From: Takakia lepidozioides
Taxonomy: Eukaryota; Plantae; Bryophyta
Assembly (NCBI GenBank): GCA_030704615.1
Contig: CM060732.1
Coordinates: 50,902,001 to 50,966,000, forward strand
DNA: 64,000 bases
Reading direction: 5' to 3'
A program made the translations under genes and the position numbers. The notes beneath the pieces are model-generated. The model was not told where the DNA came from. It worked only from the letters and a program-made list of their open reading frames with translations, and did no database searches. Numbering within the stretch: the first letter of the stretch is position 1; every line of letters begins with the position of its first letter. Shown in pieces: positions 14,041 through 26,407 of this stretch.

Positions 14041-15350
14041 CTATCCCAAGCAGTGTGGACACAACCAATCTCCGTCAGGAACCTTCTCAAGAGGTGGTGT
14101 CAAGCATCCCATATGCCAACCCCTTGAGCATCGATCACACACCAGCATGGTGGCTGCCCCTTTGGCAGACCCACAGAGCATGCACCTCAAACCTGCAGGT
14201 ACCACTGCCAAGTTTGGGTCAACTCTGTCATCGACATTGGAAAGGTGACATGGCGCACAATTACGCACATGGTCCTTCCAAGTCATGCCATCCCGACCCT
14301 CTAAGATCAGGACCCCTGAGGGCAACACCTCTCGAACCCTCAGAATAACACGCCCTGCAGTAACATCCAGAGTCGTAGGAGCAGTCTGCTGCAAATAAAC
14401 ATAGTCACCAGGGCTAAACCTCCGAACCCCAGGACGATATCCTCCACCACGTATAGTGGCATACCTCAACGTATCACGGTGTTGTGCAATGGCAAGGTTC
14501 TCAAAAGCCATGGGCATGACTTTCTTGAACAACTCTGCACGCTGATCACATGCACGTACCCACACGTCCGGATCGTCAAGGTTAAGGACTTGAGCAGTGT
14601 TCCTACGAATGGCTGCAGGCAAATCCGGCTCTCGGCCAAAGAGAAGGAAATATGGTGAGAAGGAGGCAAGTGATGCTTGTTTGCTGAACCTGTAGCCCAT
14701 GGCTAACCAAGGAACCTGAAGATCCCAATCTCCTAGGTGTCCCTTCTGCAAGCCATACTTGCGCAAACCCCTCTTCACCGTCTGAACAACTCTCTCTGCT
14801 AAGCCATCGGCCTCAGGATGATCCCGAGAAGTGTGCGGTGGTCTATCAAGGCTTTATCACACAAAGCCTGAAACTCCCCCAAGAACTCTCTCCCTTGGTC
14901 CGTGAGTACCTCAGCTGGAGCACCAAATCGGCTAAGCACACGATCCAAGAATGCATACGCAACCCCCTCACTAGCCTTGTCAGGCAATGGAACCAACTCA
15001 ATCCACTTGGAGAAGTGCTCCACCATCACCAACACATATCTGTGGTGGCGCATAGTCAGTGGCAACGGTCCTGCGAAGTCAAGACTCCACCTGTAGCCCA
15101 ATCCCATGATTGGTAAAGGATGCAACTGTGGTGTAGGGGCGTTGAATGAAGCACGCACCCTGTCACACACCATGCACCTAGCCACGAACTGTTGCACCTC
15201 TGTATGCATACCACGCCACCAATACTGCCCCTGCAGTAAACTGTGAGTGCGTCGCACTCCAAAATGCCCCAACTCCTCATGGGCATGCCGCACTAACCGT
15301 GCACGCTGTGTGGGGTGAGGCACAATCCTCACCCGACCATCCTCCCACAC
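14041..15350 (-). CDS. Integrase (HHCC zinc-binding + DDE core) with C-terminal PHD finger; frameshift at about 14.8 kb
   Basis: HAHEELGH..CMVC; SLDFAGP, TDQGREF, FSPYFLLFGRE; C4HC3 CMLC..CDRC..WHMGC..WLCPHC. Confidence 0.9.
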
Positions 15351-17014
15351 TCGAAGTAGGTGTATCCCCTCCCACTTGAACCTCTTGGCTCGTTGCAGGA
15401 TCCGATCCCTCTCCCTGCAGTCACAGTGGCTGCCATGTCTCCCGTGCGGAGGTAGTCCAACACAGCCGAATCCTCATGTATATCTCTGGCACCACCTGGC
15501 TCATCACTAGCCTCAGGGTCCTCAGACACTCCGTCTACAGTCATCCATGTTGTAGGTCCAACCTGACCTCCCGATGCCAAGATACACAAAAATGCAGATG
15601 CGTGCCATCCCGGCACCATCTCCTCGTCCGTCTCACCATGCCACCGAGCTCCAGTGTCATCCTGCTGGCTCATGCATGGATTGCGACTCAATCCATCCGC
15701 ATCCCGATTGACCAAACCCGGTCGATGCACAACCTGAAAGTCATACTCCTGGAGTATAAGTGCCCACCGTGCAAGCTTCCCCGTAAGCTTGTCTGACTCC
15801 ATCAACCACTTGAGTGGCTGGTGATCCGTGACAAGGGTGAAAAGATTGCCGTATAGATAGCACCTGAAGTGTGCCACGGCCCACACTGCAGCTAAGCACT
15901 CTCCCTCATATGAGCTGTACTTAGCCTCTGCAGCGTTGTTCGAGCGGCTAGCGTAAGCCACTACGAACTCTCTTCCCTCATCATCCACCTGTGTGAGCAC
16001 CGCTCCAAGCCCCAACATGCTCCAATCCGTATGCAGCTGAAAGGGACGCCCCCTGATAGGTCGTCTCAAGATAGGCGCCGAGGTCAACCTCGCCTTGAGC
16101 TCTTGAAAAGCTCGTTCCTGCTCATCTTCCCACTGCCACTCCTGGTCCACCTTGGTCAGCTTGGTTAGAGCCTTTGCAATGGTACTAAATCCCTTGACAA
16201 ACCGTCTATAATAGTTTGCCAACCCCATGAAAGCTCGAACTCGGCTCACATCCGTGGGGCGTGGAATTTGTGCAATGGCCTCTACCTTAGTCTGCTGTAC
16301 CCCCAATCCTCCAGGATATATCATGTGACCCAGATACTCAATCTGGTTGTGGAAAAACTTGCACTTCCCCGGATGCAACTTCAATCCGTGCGCTCTCAAG
16401 CGCTCCAATACCACCTGAAGGTGTCTCTCATGCTCCTCCATCGTAACACTAAAGATGATGATGTCATCTATGTAGCACCGAGCAAAGTCCACCCCTGCTA
16501 GAATCCTATCCATGACTCTCTGAAACTCTGCAGGAGCATTCTTAAGCCCAAATGGTAAGAACCGCCACTGATATAGGCAATCCTTGCCGTGCTCATTGAT
16601 CCCCCAGAATGTCGTCTTCTGCTTGTCCGCCTCCTTGATTGGCAACTGGTGATATCCGGATCGTAAATCCAAAGTGCTAAAGGCCTTAGCATGCCCGATG
16701 GCATCAAAGATCTCCTCTGGTGTTGGCATGGCATACTTATCGGACTTGGTCTGACGATTTACAGGCCGGTAATCACCGCACATACGTCTCTCCGTCCAAT
16801 TGCCATAGACATCCTTCTTGGCTGGCATCACTGTGGCTGAAGCATACTCTCCACCAGAGAGCTCCACCAAACCTGCCTCCCAGAGATCTTGAGTCCTCAT
16901 CTGAATCAAAGACCTCTCCATGTCACTGTATCTATAGGGTCTCCGAAAGATTGGCGTGTCAGTGGCCAACTCAATACGGATCTCTTGACCCTTCAGTGCT
17001 CCCAAGTCCTTCAA
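15329..17014 (-). CDS. Gypsy reverse transcriptase + RNase H
   Basis: [56 protein letters not shown]. Confidence 0.95.
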   Translation of the reverse strand: MKDLGALKGQEIRIELATDTPIFRRPYRYSDMERSLIQMRTQDLWEAGLVELSGGEYASATVMPAKKDVYGNWTERRMCGDYRPVNRQTKSDKYAMPTPEEIFDAIGHAKAFSTLDLRSGYHQLPIKEADKQKTTFWGINEHGKDCLYQWRFLPFGLKNAPAEFQRVMDRILAGVDFARCYIDDIIIFSVTMEEHERHLQVVLERLRAHGLKLHPGKCKFFHNQIEYLGHMIYPGGLGVQQTKVEAIAQIPRPTDVSRVRAFMGLANYYRRFVKGFSTIAKALTKLTKVDQEWQWEDEQERAFQELKARLTSAPILRRPIRGRPFQLHTDWSMLGLGAVLTQVDDEGREFVVAYASRSNNAAEAKYSSYEGECLAAVWAVAHFRCYLYGNLFTLVTDHQPLKWLMESDKLTGKLARWALILQEYDFQVVHRPGLVNRDADGLSRNPCMSQQDDTGARWHGETDEEMVPGWHASAFLCILASGGQVGPTTWMTVDGVSEDPEASDEPGGARDIHEDSAVLDYLRTGDMAATVTAGRGIGSCNEPRGSSGRGYTYFECGRMVG

Positions 17015-17439
17015 ACTGAAGGCAAAGCAATTCCTGTAAGCCCTCAGGAACCGCCGTATACGTCGTCTCTCTCCTCCGGTGACAATGGGTCCAATGTCAG
17101 GCTCCCAATTGTCCTCCGTAACTGCAACCTTAAGTCCAGTGGGCTTAGAGGTAGAGGACGCGTCCAGTGGTTGCTATGTTGCAACCTCTTGAGCAGTACT
17201 CCCTGCCTGCTCAGTCAATGACAAGGCCTCATCCTGCCCCATCATCTCATCCTTGAGGACCTCCTCAACCGAGAAGAATCCCCAACCTCATCCATCACAG
17301 CCGCCTTGGCTGCCAACTCCCTCTGAACCTCGAGCACCTCCCACGTGTGCCATGGATGCATGCACCCCGTGGTCCTCACATGCTCGCCCCCACTCACTGC
17401 CTGTACCGTCTCGGTAGGCAGAGAGACCATTGAGGGAAG

Positions 17440-18415
17440 TGTACTCCGCACTCTGCGTTGCTCAGCAGAGCCAAGCTGATAATCCAGGTCAAGCAATTGA
17501 GATCCATTGCTTGCCCCAACACTTGACGACGTGATGCCTCAGAAAGAGACGACACCGCCGTGGTACCAGTGGTAAAACCCATTGCCCGCTCACGCTCGTC
17601 AGCATTAGGCTCCACTAACTGCTGCAACTGAGCATCCCACAGGAGGCCAGGTCCACTATCCCGGAAAGCATGCGATCCTGGGAAGCTGAGCAGTGTAGGT
17701 AATGCTGCTCGTGGTTGACCCACCTTGTTGACCACTGCCAAAGGCGAACGGTCATCGTGTCTCACACGCTGAAACTGCCTCCCTGTGTCCAGAATGTTAT
17801 CCACTGTGAGATGTGCTGGCCGCTGCACCCCATCAAATGCACGCTTGAGCAGTGCGGGTGGCATCAAGTTAGTCCACCATAGCCGTGGACGATGAGCCCG
17901 TGACCCCACTGTAGCTGCATCTAGCAACACTGCTGACCCAAGCCACGACCGGACTTGATGCACACTGGCCATCACCCTGGCCCGAGAATCGCCCATCAGT
18001 GGCACATTCTCCAAGATGTATGCTGGAGATACAGCTTGATGAAGCTGCAAGTGGCGCAAAACCCGCACCATCTCCCAAAACAGACCCGACCTCGAGTCTC
18101 GCAATCCATTGCCATGCCCGGCTGATGAATGCCCTTGGCAGGGCCAACCTGCCACTACCAGATCAATGGAGCCAACCCGCTCCAAATCCTGCGCCCCCAG
18201 CAACGAAATGTCTGCTGGCAAGGCCTGCTGATATCCACGAATTGCAGACACCGACAACAACTCAGGGTACCGCTGCACCAACTGAGCAACATGGCGAAGT
18301 GAAACGCGTCGTGCAGTCTCATCCCTCTCCACATACAGGTAACGCCGAACTCGTACACCTGCTTGTAACACAGCAGCCAATCCGGTGCTGATCCCGCCAA
18401 ACAAGTCCAAAACAA
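17440..18415 (-). CDS. DNA (cytosine-5) methyltransferase domain, DNMT3-like, inside the pol polyprotein
   Basis: C5-MTase motifs in canonical order: VLDLFGGI (I), YVERD (II), ADI (III), DLVVAGWPCQ (IV), YILENV (VI), RAHRPRLWWTNL (VIII), ERERAMGF (IX), RRQVLGQAM (X). Confidence 0.9.
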
Positions 18416-19341
18416 ATGCCTTCATCCGGATACTGCCACACAATAGGTGTGGTGTCCAATGGAGACAATTGAGGTGGTCCTGGTGCAATCCCCACACTCT
18501 CCTCCTCTCCTGACGGTACAAAAGCCTCCACCCAGGCTTGTTGCACCCGTCGATCAGCATCCCGCTGCAAATCCTTGCTCGTGCCCCACAATGGAGTCTG
18601 AGCAACCATGGTAGGCAACTCCGCCATACCATACATGTCATCCTGCTCTCCCGGAGGTGGTACATCCTCTGAATGAGCATTGCCCTCAAGCAACTCTCTA
18701 GGCCAACTCACTGCCGCTGTGAATGCTGCTAGTGTCGGCATCTTGCCTCGCTGGGCAACCGCAACTCCTCCTATGAACGTCACAGGGAGCTGCACACGCC
18801 GGCCCTCCCCTGACTGCCATGCAGGCCTATAGGAAGCTGACTCCTCCCAAAAATCCAGGGTGAAGCCCATGGGGTACAACACTGCCCCACCAACCAGGAC
18901 ATCGTATGAGACTGCGTCTGTCACAATGGCCTTGGCTCGCATCACTGAGCCATCTGTAGGGTGATCCGGCCGTAGTCTGATAGCCAACTCACGCCGTGTC
19001 ATGCCCCGAGCCTGCTCCGATCCTCCCAGAGACGTCTGTATCTGGAAAGGACAAGGCTCCATATCCGCCTCCGTGAGGCCCAAGCCTGCAATAGCAGCTC
19101 TGCCCAGCATCAGTGGCTGAGCTCCCGAGTCCAACAAGACCCGCAGTGGCCGGTACCTCTTGCCTGCCGGTCCACTCAAACAGAAAATGCCATCCTGGTT
19201 GTCTAACATGACAACTCCAGGTGTCACCATGGCGCGCTCAATGGCTGGCCTAGCTGGCAGCTCCATCAACCTGGCAGCTGCAGCTTGCCATGGCGCCGCC
19301 GTGGCAGTCTTGACCCTCAAATCCGAGGATCCCTCCGGCAC
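18410..19341 (-). CDS. Retropepsin-type aspartic protease and linker
   Basis: VLLDSGAQ active site and YDVLVG motif; joins the DNMT frame through a 2-nt indel at about 18410. Confidence 0.8.
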
Positions 19342-19527
19342 TACACCTCCCAGTACTCCGCAGAAGATGAAGTAACCTCCCCACTCTCACAGAGTGTAGC
19401 TGCCAGCCTGAACACCTCAGCTGGTCTTACCCCCGGCGTCGCAATCATGGTAGCCGAGAACAATGGAGCCTGGCACACAGATGTGGCCGCTCCTAGCAGC
19501 ACACTAGCTGCCGTAGCCTTGGCAACA

Positions 19528-21341
19528 CTAGGTAGTGGTGCTACCCGTGTAGCTCTCCCCAATGGCATAGTAACCTCCGCCTCGGTAACAGTCGGCGCGA
19601 GAACTAGGTGCCATGGATGGCGTCGACACTGTCTCCGCCAATGTGAATGACTGAGGAAGCCTAGCCTGACGGCTTGCCTCCCCACGCTGTGGATCCAACT
19701 CCACCTCTGCACCTCGTGGCTCAGGAACTCGTGCTGCTCCTCGAGTCACGGCTGCAGCAGACTCCACCTGCACTAGTGGTAGTGCTGCTCCACACATGAA
19801 TCCCATGCCTCCCATATCTCCTCCCTCAGGAGCAGGAGGTGGACCATCCGGCCTTAGAGCCGGTACCACCTGAGCTGTAGCCATGGCAGCGAGCCTCTGC
19901 TCTAGCTGCTGAAGCCGGTTGGCCATGCCTTGGTCAACACCCTGACCTCCGCGTCCTTGGCCACGTTGAGCTTGCCCTTGGTCTCGTGGCTGGCCACCTC
20001 GTCCTCTCTGGGCTGCTCCACCTCGCCCCGGCCACCATTGTTCCCTTGGAACTGGCCTGGGCGCAACTCAGGATGCAAACATAACACTGGGCCTCTCCAT
20101 GCCCGTGCTTGCCACAATGCCCACACTGCAACTGTGCAGGCTGTGCATGTGCCGACCCTTTGCCTCCCTCTGGGCAATCCTTCTTGACATGGGGTCCTCC
20201 ACATGTCCAGCACACCACATCCGCCCGTTGTTGGCCAGCAAATGAAGGGAGAGACCCCTGCATCTGAGGTCCTCTCTGCCCTTCCCTGAGCTTCACCTGA
20301 GCCCCCTTGTTGCCTTGAGCACGTTGAGGTAGTGGTTGGCTAGGAGCACCACTACCCCGTGGTGTCTCCTTAGCAAATCCCACCATGACCACTCGTTCCT
20401 CCACCATGTTGAGCTCTATCCGCTCTGCCAGCAAAAACACATTTGCTAAGGTGGGTTGGGCCGCTTGTAGGAGAGTTGCATCCCGCACCTTCTCCTCAGC
20501 TCCTTGTCCAATATCCCATACCAGAATGGACTGCCTGAGCTTCCGTAACCCCTTGGGTTACATTTATCAAGCGCCTCATGCGAGTGAAAGCCTCCCTCAA
20601 GCTCTCGGTCGGCTTCCGTTGGAACTCTTGCAAGCTCCGCAACTTCTCTGTCCTCACCCCTTGGTAGTTCCCTCTCAACTCTTCGAAGAACTCCACAACA
20701 GGGTTGAAGGCAGGCACGGGTGCTAGTGCTGGTGCGGTAGTGGCTTGGGTGGACGTCGTAGCTACTGTACCACCAGTCCCACTAGTTCCACTGCTACTTG
20801 CTGAAGCTGCCGGTGCAGCGGCAGGTGTAGCCACTGCCCTCGTGGCTCTAGTGCCCCTAGTGATGGAGACATAGTCGGGTGACCAGTACATCCTCCACTC
20901 CTCGATCTCAACCTCATGCCCCCGCCTGAACTCATGGTAATCATCCATAGGCGGCCCCTCAAGGTGCTGAAACAGCCCTTTCCATGCCATGAACGGCGTA
21001 AATAGTTGTGGATTGCGCATTTGCTGCAAATCACACCAACTATCAAACTCTTGGATAAAATCATCCAACTCGATGGTGCCCACCGCCCCAGAGTACCTTC
21101 GTGGCCCCTTGGTAGCTCCATACATCTCCTCCATTGTGTCCCACAACAATGGCAAAGAAACAACTTGCACCGCCGGTATGAGTCCTCCTGATTCACAATC
21201 CGAATCAGAACCTTCCGTGGAAGACACAGGAGGTGAAGGTGGCCTAAACCGCACACCTCGTCTCGTGTACCCACTAGTATCGCTAGTGCTCGAACCGGCA
21301 CTGTCCCCAGCAACTAGTGGCACCTCCGTGTTGACACTCAA
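19528..21341 (-). CDS. Gag with two CCHC zinc knuckles (frameshifted)
   Basis: LQEFQRKPTESLREAFTRMRRL gag-like motif; CWTCGGPHVKKDC and CGHCGKHGHGEAQC. Confidence 0.75.
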
Positions 21342-22049
21342 CCGGTCATGAACATGTCCCTAAACCCCTCTCCACAAGGTAACCGGGTAGAGAACCTGTT
21401 GCGGCTTATGGTTTGGAATACTAAGTTCCTAACATAGCCTACACCTGTACCTGCATCCACCGCAAGCACTCCTATGGTTGGCTGGTCATCACCTCCAACC
21501 TCACCACAGGAGAAACAATGATGGTCTGGCTGGTCATCACCCCAGCCTCACCATCGACAGCATGCTCTAGGACTGGCCGGTGATCAAATCCGGACCAATC
21601 ACCTATAAAAACAAGCGCCCAACACAAACTAGCATGGCGCAGCAGTCAAGCATGCAGGTATGGAGGGGATCCAAACACAAGAAATCAGAACGACAACTCC
21701 CCCACACCAAAAACAACTCCACGGTGTTGCTCCTGCAAGGACACCCCAGCCCAAACCCGGACTGACTCTTGCCTCCACCTACGGAAAGGTCTTGGCCTAA
21801 TGAGAGGGTGGAAACTACGAGGAAGAGAAGCTAAAGCAATGCCTAACCCCAGCATGCCCTCATCCCAACACTCTTTCTCTCCTCTCTTCCCTCACTTGCA
21901 TGACCATGGGAATATCATGAAGATACTCCTCAAACCGCCCTCCACGAGCTTCAAAATTCGGCCTTCCAGACCACATGCCAGTCCTTAGGCAGTCCACCAG
22001 TGCCTCCACGAGTCAGCACAGGCCGTCCACAGGTCAACACGGGCCACCA

Positions 22050-23290
22050 CAGACCAGCACAGGCCCACACAGCTCACTGGTCACAGCCGTCACAGTCCCA
22101 CAGGCCACTGGGCACAGCCTGTCACAGCCCCTCATAGCCGTCACAGCTCACAAGCCCGTCACAGCCCCACACAGCCGTCACAACCCGCACGCCCGTCACA
22201 GCCCCACAGGCCACTGGGCACAGCCTGTCACAGCCCCTCACAGCCCCAAAGGCCTCAGGCACGGCCTGTCACAGCCCCTCACAGCCCGTCACAGCCCCAA
22301 AGGCCTCAGGCACGGCCTGTCACAGCCCCTCACAGCCCCAAGGCCACGGGCACAGCCTGTCACAGCCCCCACAGCCCGTCACAGCCCCACAGGCCACTGG
22401 CACAGCCTGTCACAGCCCCTCACAGCCCGTCACAGCCCACAGGCACTGGGCACAGCCTGTCACAGCCCCTCACAGGCCACAGGTCACAGCCGCACAGGCA
22501 CAGGTCAGGCACGGCCTGACACAGCCCCAACAGCCCTCAGCAGACGGACACAGTGTCACAGCCCTCACACAGCCCATCACAGCAGAGCACACAGCGCAAA
22601 CTCAGGCACGGCTGTCACAGGCCCTCACAGCCCATCACAGCCCCAAGGCACCGGCGACAGCCCGTCACAGGCCCCTCACAGCCCGTCACGGCCCCGAAGG
22701 CACCGGCACAGGCCCTCACAACCCGTCACAGCCCCGAAGGCCACCGGCGCAGCCCGGCACAGCCCTGTCACAGCCCTGAAGCCCCCGGCACAGCCCCTCA
22801 CAGCCCAAAGGCCTCAGGCACGGCCTGTCACAGCCCCTCACAGCCCGTCACAGCCCCAAAGGCTCAGGGCACGGCCTGTCACAGCCCCTCACAGCCCATC
22901 ACAGCCCCAAAGGCCATGGGCACAGCCTGTCACAGCCCTCACAGCCCGTCACAGCCCCCACGGGCCACTGGGCACAGCCTGTCACAGCCCCGCACAGCCC
23001 GTCACAGCCCCACAGGCCACTGGCCACAGCCTGTCACAGCCCCCACAGCCCGTCAAGGCCCACAGGCCACGGGCACAGCCGTCACAGCCCCACGGGCACG
23101 GCCGTCACAGCCCCTCACAGCCCGTCACAGCCCCAAAGGCCTCAGGCACGGCCTGTCACAGCCCCTCACAGCCCATCACAGCCCCAAAGGCCATGGGCAC
23201 AGCCTGTCACAGCCCCTCACAGCCCGTCACAGCCCCACAGGCCACTGGCACAGCCTGTCACAGCCCGCACAGCCCGTCACAGCCCCATCC
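22050..23290. repeat. Minisatellite of 10-11-bp TCACAGCCC units in a higher-order unit of about 50 bp
   Basis: Recurrent ggcacagcctgtcacagcccctcacagcccgtcacagcccc. Confidence 0.9.
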
Positions 23291-23769
23291 ATGGCCGCTC
23301 TGGCAGTTTAGCCATTTCTCCAAGGGGTTTAGCCACGCCAAGCTAGGGTTTGTGTCTCTTGGACTCTAGGCTTCTTTCCACCGAGCTATGGCGGCTGTGA
23401 GGAAATCAGCAAGGTATTCTTGCTCTTTCGGCTCCCACACACCACCATAGTAGCCCTAAGCCATGAGGTGGTTGCCACAAACCAAGCCTTCTTTCTCACT
23501 TAGCCTCCCCAAACACGCCACTAAACTCAATGGCAAACAACCAAGCCCTGCTGGTTCCCAGCCCTTGTGAGCACTCATTCAAGCACTCTCCTTGGCCATA
23601 GCATCTGTCTTAGAGCCTATTCCAGCCCCTACACCTGCTGCTTCAAGAGTTGCGCTCCCTTCAAGCTTGAAGTTGAAAACCCCAACTCACATAGGCCCTA
23701 CAAGTGCTTTTCTTTCACTCCAAGTGGAAACCAGCCCTAGACCTTCCGTTCTAGCTCTCTAAAGCTTGA

Positions 23770-24140
23770 AAACAAGAGCCTCAATGGGCTGAAGGCATGC
23801 TCCACACATGCCCCACTCTCACCATAAGAGAATCAGCTCCTTTGCTTCATTTCTTGCACCCACAAACCTGAAAATACAAGCTTCAGCAGGCTGAAAGCAT
23901 GCTCCACATGCCCTACAGGGAAACCAGCCCTTCCTTCCTTTCTTGCACTCCCACACCTGAAAGTGCAAGCCTTCACCAGGCTGATAGCATGCTCCACACA
24001 TGCATTGCCCTCACATAAGGGAAGTCAGCCCTTCCCTCTTCCTTGCTTGCCCTCCAAGCTTGAAGATGGAAGCTTCAATGAGCTGAATACATGCTCCACA
24101 CATGCAACCTCTTCACACAAGAGATATCAGCCCCCTATCT
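23770..24140. repeat. Four degenerate 90-103-bp repeats with conserved core GCTGA..CATGCTCCACACATGC
   Basis: Cores at about 23795, 23897, 23987 and 24090. Confidence 0.75.
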
Positions 24141-26407
24141 TGGCTCCTTGGCTCCTTGATGCTCTCTAAGACAAGACTAAGCACTCCACAGCCTTTGCCA
24201 AGCTCCTGAAACCCTAAGGCTTACATTTCCAGCCACAAGACACTTCTCTTGTGGTGCAAGAGCTCTTCTTCCAAGCTCTGAAACCCTAGGTGCACATTCC
24301 ATGGCCTTGCCGCACCTCTTAGCTCCTGTTCCAGCCCTGCTCTTGCCATGACAAGAGCCCTCTCAATGCTGAAGCTCGAGATTGAAACCCAATCTCACCA
24401 TACTCCACAAAGTGCACTGATTTGCCCCAAGCCAAATCAGCCCTTTCGCTTGGTCTTGCAATCCTTCACACAATGAAAGCTCGCATTCCCAAGTCCAGTT
24501 CTCAGCTTTGCCACCAAAGCCACTATAACCTGCTCTTGACTGGTCCTCTTCCCAATCGTGCTTGCTCATGCATGTACACAATCTGAAACCATCAAGGTGC
24601 TCTGGAATTACCTGCAGCATGGTGCTTTCATCTCTGAAGCTGAAGATCGAATGCCAGGTCTACCACCTCGTAACCCACATCGCCTCCGCTTCTAACAACC
24701 AAGAGCTCCACGGTGCTCCTTGCATAACAACTTGGTTTCTCTCATTCTCAAGCAAAAACCACAAGTGCTACAACTAACTCGTATCTGGCACTCACAGATA
24801 CGAGCTCATCTTTCTCGAGTGATAAAGAAGAAAGAATAGAATACAAGCACGAGCTCACAAATGAAGCATAAACTCATGCATATATAACCTCATCACTCAA
24901 ATACAAGTCAAGCCAAGTGCACCCCACGCCATGGGGAATCCACACTACGGCGCCATAGCTAGGCGCGGTGAGGCTCAACTCGAGAAAGATGAGCCTTCCG
25001 CGCTTGCCGTGAAGATAACCACTCCAGGGCCTAAATCTGCCTTGACCCCTGGATTGACACTTGGGCCAATCCCAAATGTCAATATGTAAAAGCTAGCTAT
25101 TTCCTAGCTAGTTTCACACTAGTGGTAAAATAACTTGACACCACATGCAAGCATCATCAACATCCATTTGATTCACAAGGGTGGAAATACATGTAGACAC
25201 CAATCGAGGAATACCTAGAAGTGGGCACTGCACTACTCTATACCCCATATATATAGTCACTCCTACCTCTTTTCAAAATCCCTTAAAAAAAACCCTGGTT
25301 AAGGTCCGAGGATCCGGACCCGTGCCATCACCAAAAACTCGGATCCTAACCCGGGTTCATTTTTAAAATGAACCCGGAACCAGACCCGGGCCCGCCAGCT
25401 AGGCCCAGAACCCGTTAAACCCACTACTCGCGGGCCAGAGTTGGTGAGTTGGCCATCTTCCCTAGTTCACCAGTTGACATTCTGGACAGTTCTACTTTCT
25501 AGATAGTTCTACTATTGTCGGTGGGTTGAAAAGCAACTCACTAGTGGGTGTGGCTGCTGTAAGAGTATACTTATAGAAACAGTGACCAGAGAAGGTTGGG
25601 GCTTGGTGAGAGTGGGGCCAGGTGAGATCGCGGCTTGGGGCTCGTCTTCAAGGTAGAGCGCTTGGGGCTGGTGGAGGGTGGGACCAGTTGCGTGAAGTGC
25701 TTGGGGTGGGAGTGCTTGGGGTTGACGAAGTAGGGCTGGGGGAATTGGGTCAATCGTCATGCTTCTAAAGGGGACTCAATATTGTCGTGTTTGCCTTGTT
25801 TGGAAGTTTTGTCGTGTTCACCTCTTCTTCCAAAATATATGCTTCCACGGTAATAGGACCCCTTCTAAATCCTGTCCTTGGTTATAGGACTTGCTTCTCC
25901 CTCCTCTAAACCCTGGGCTCACACTTAGCAAGTGTGAGCCTAGGCTCACGCTTAGAGGGCAAAGCATGAGCCGAGCTCCTGGGCTCACGCGGCTAGGCTC
26001 ACGCCATAGCTACGCTCTAATTGCAGAGAGAGGAGATAGCAAAATGGCGGCTTGTGTGTTTTGTGCAGTGAGGGAGAGAGAGAGTATGTCTGCTCAAGCT
26101 TCCTTGTGTTTTGAAATTTTCGTGAGCAAGCGCGATGGCCTCCAGCTCTGAGCACGGGTGGTGTGAGCTCGATCAATTTGAGGTTCCTCACATGCGGCAA
26201 ACCCAGGCGCTCGAATCTCGTTACATCTGTGAACTTGCCCGCCACCTTTTGCCAGAGCAGATAGTGTTCGCTGATTACCTGGAGGGCAAACCTCTCCCAC
26301 ATCCTGAGCTTCCGCTGGACACACTCTCCGAGTTTTGGGCTAAGACCTTCGAGGAGAATGCTCGCAAGGAGGCTTCTAGGCCCATACACACCAGAGCGGA
26401 GCGCAAG

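Larger units (their letters stand above)
13606..25300 (-). mobile_element. Ty3/Gypsy retrotransposon with gag-PR-DNMT3-RT-RH-INT-PHD; boundaries approximate, no LTR pair found
   Basis: Gypsy domain order on the minus strand over 14041-21341; PPT-like GGGGGGCGAT at about 13781-13790 (minus); long repeat-rich leader at 21.4-25.3 kb. Confidence 0.8.

Noticed and set aside
14780-20500. Frame changes in gag-pol as programmed ribosomal frameshifts
   Set aside because: Too many, and several fall inside domains; similar indels occur across the window, consistent with sequencing error or decay
21975-23369. 464-aa and 252-aa ORFs on the plus strand
   Set aside because: They are stop-free only because of the CACAGCC satellite composition; several frames are open and no domain is recognisable
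24940-24960. Possible PBS TGGCGCCGTAG (minus) for the DNMT3-Gypsy element
   Set aside because: Not adjacent to a CA-ending LTR and no matching second LTR
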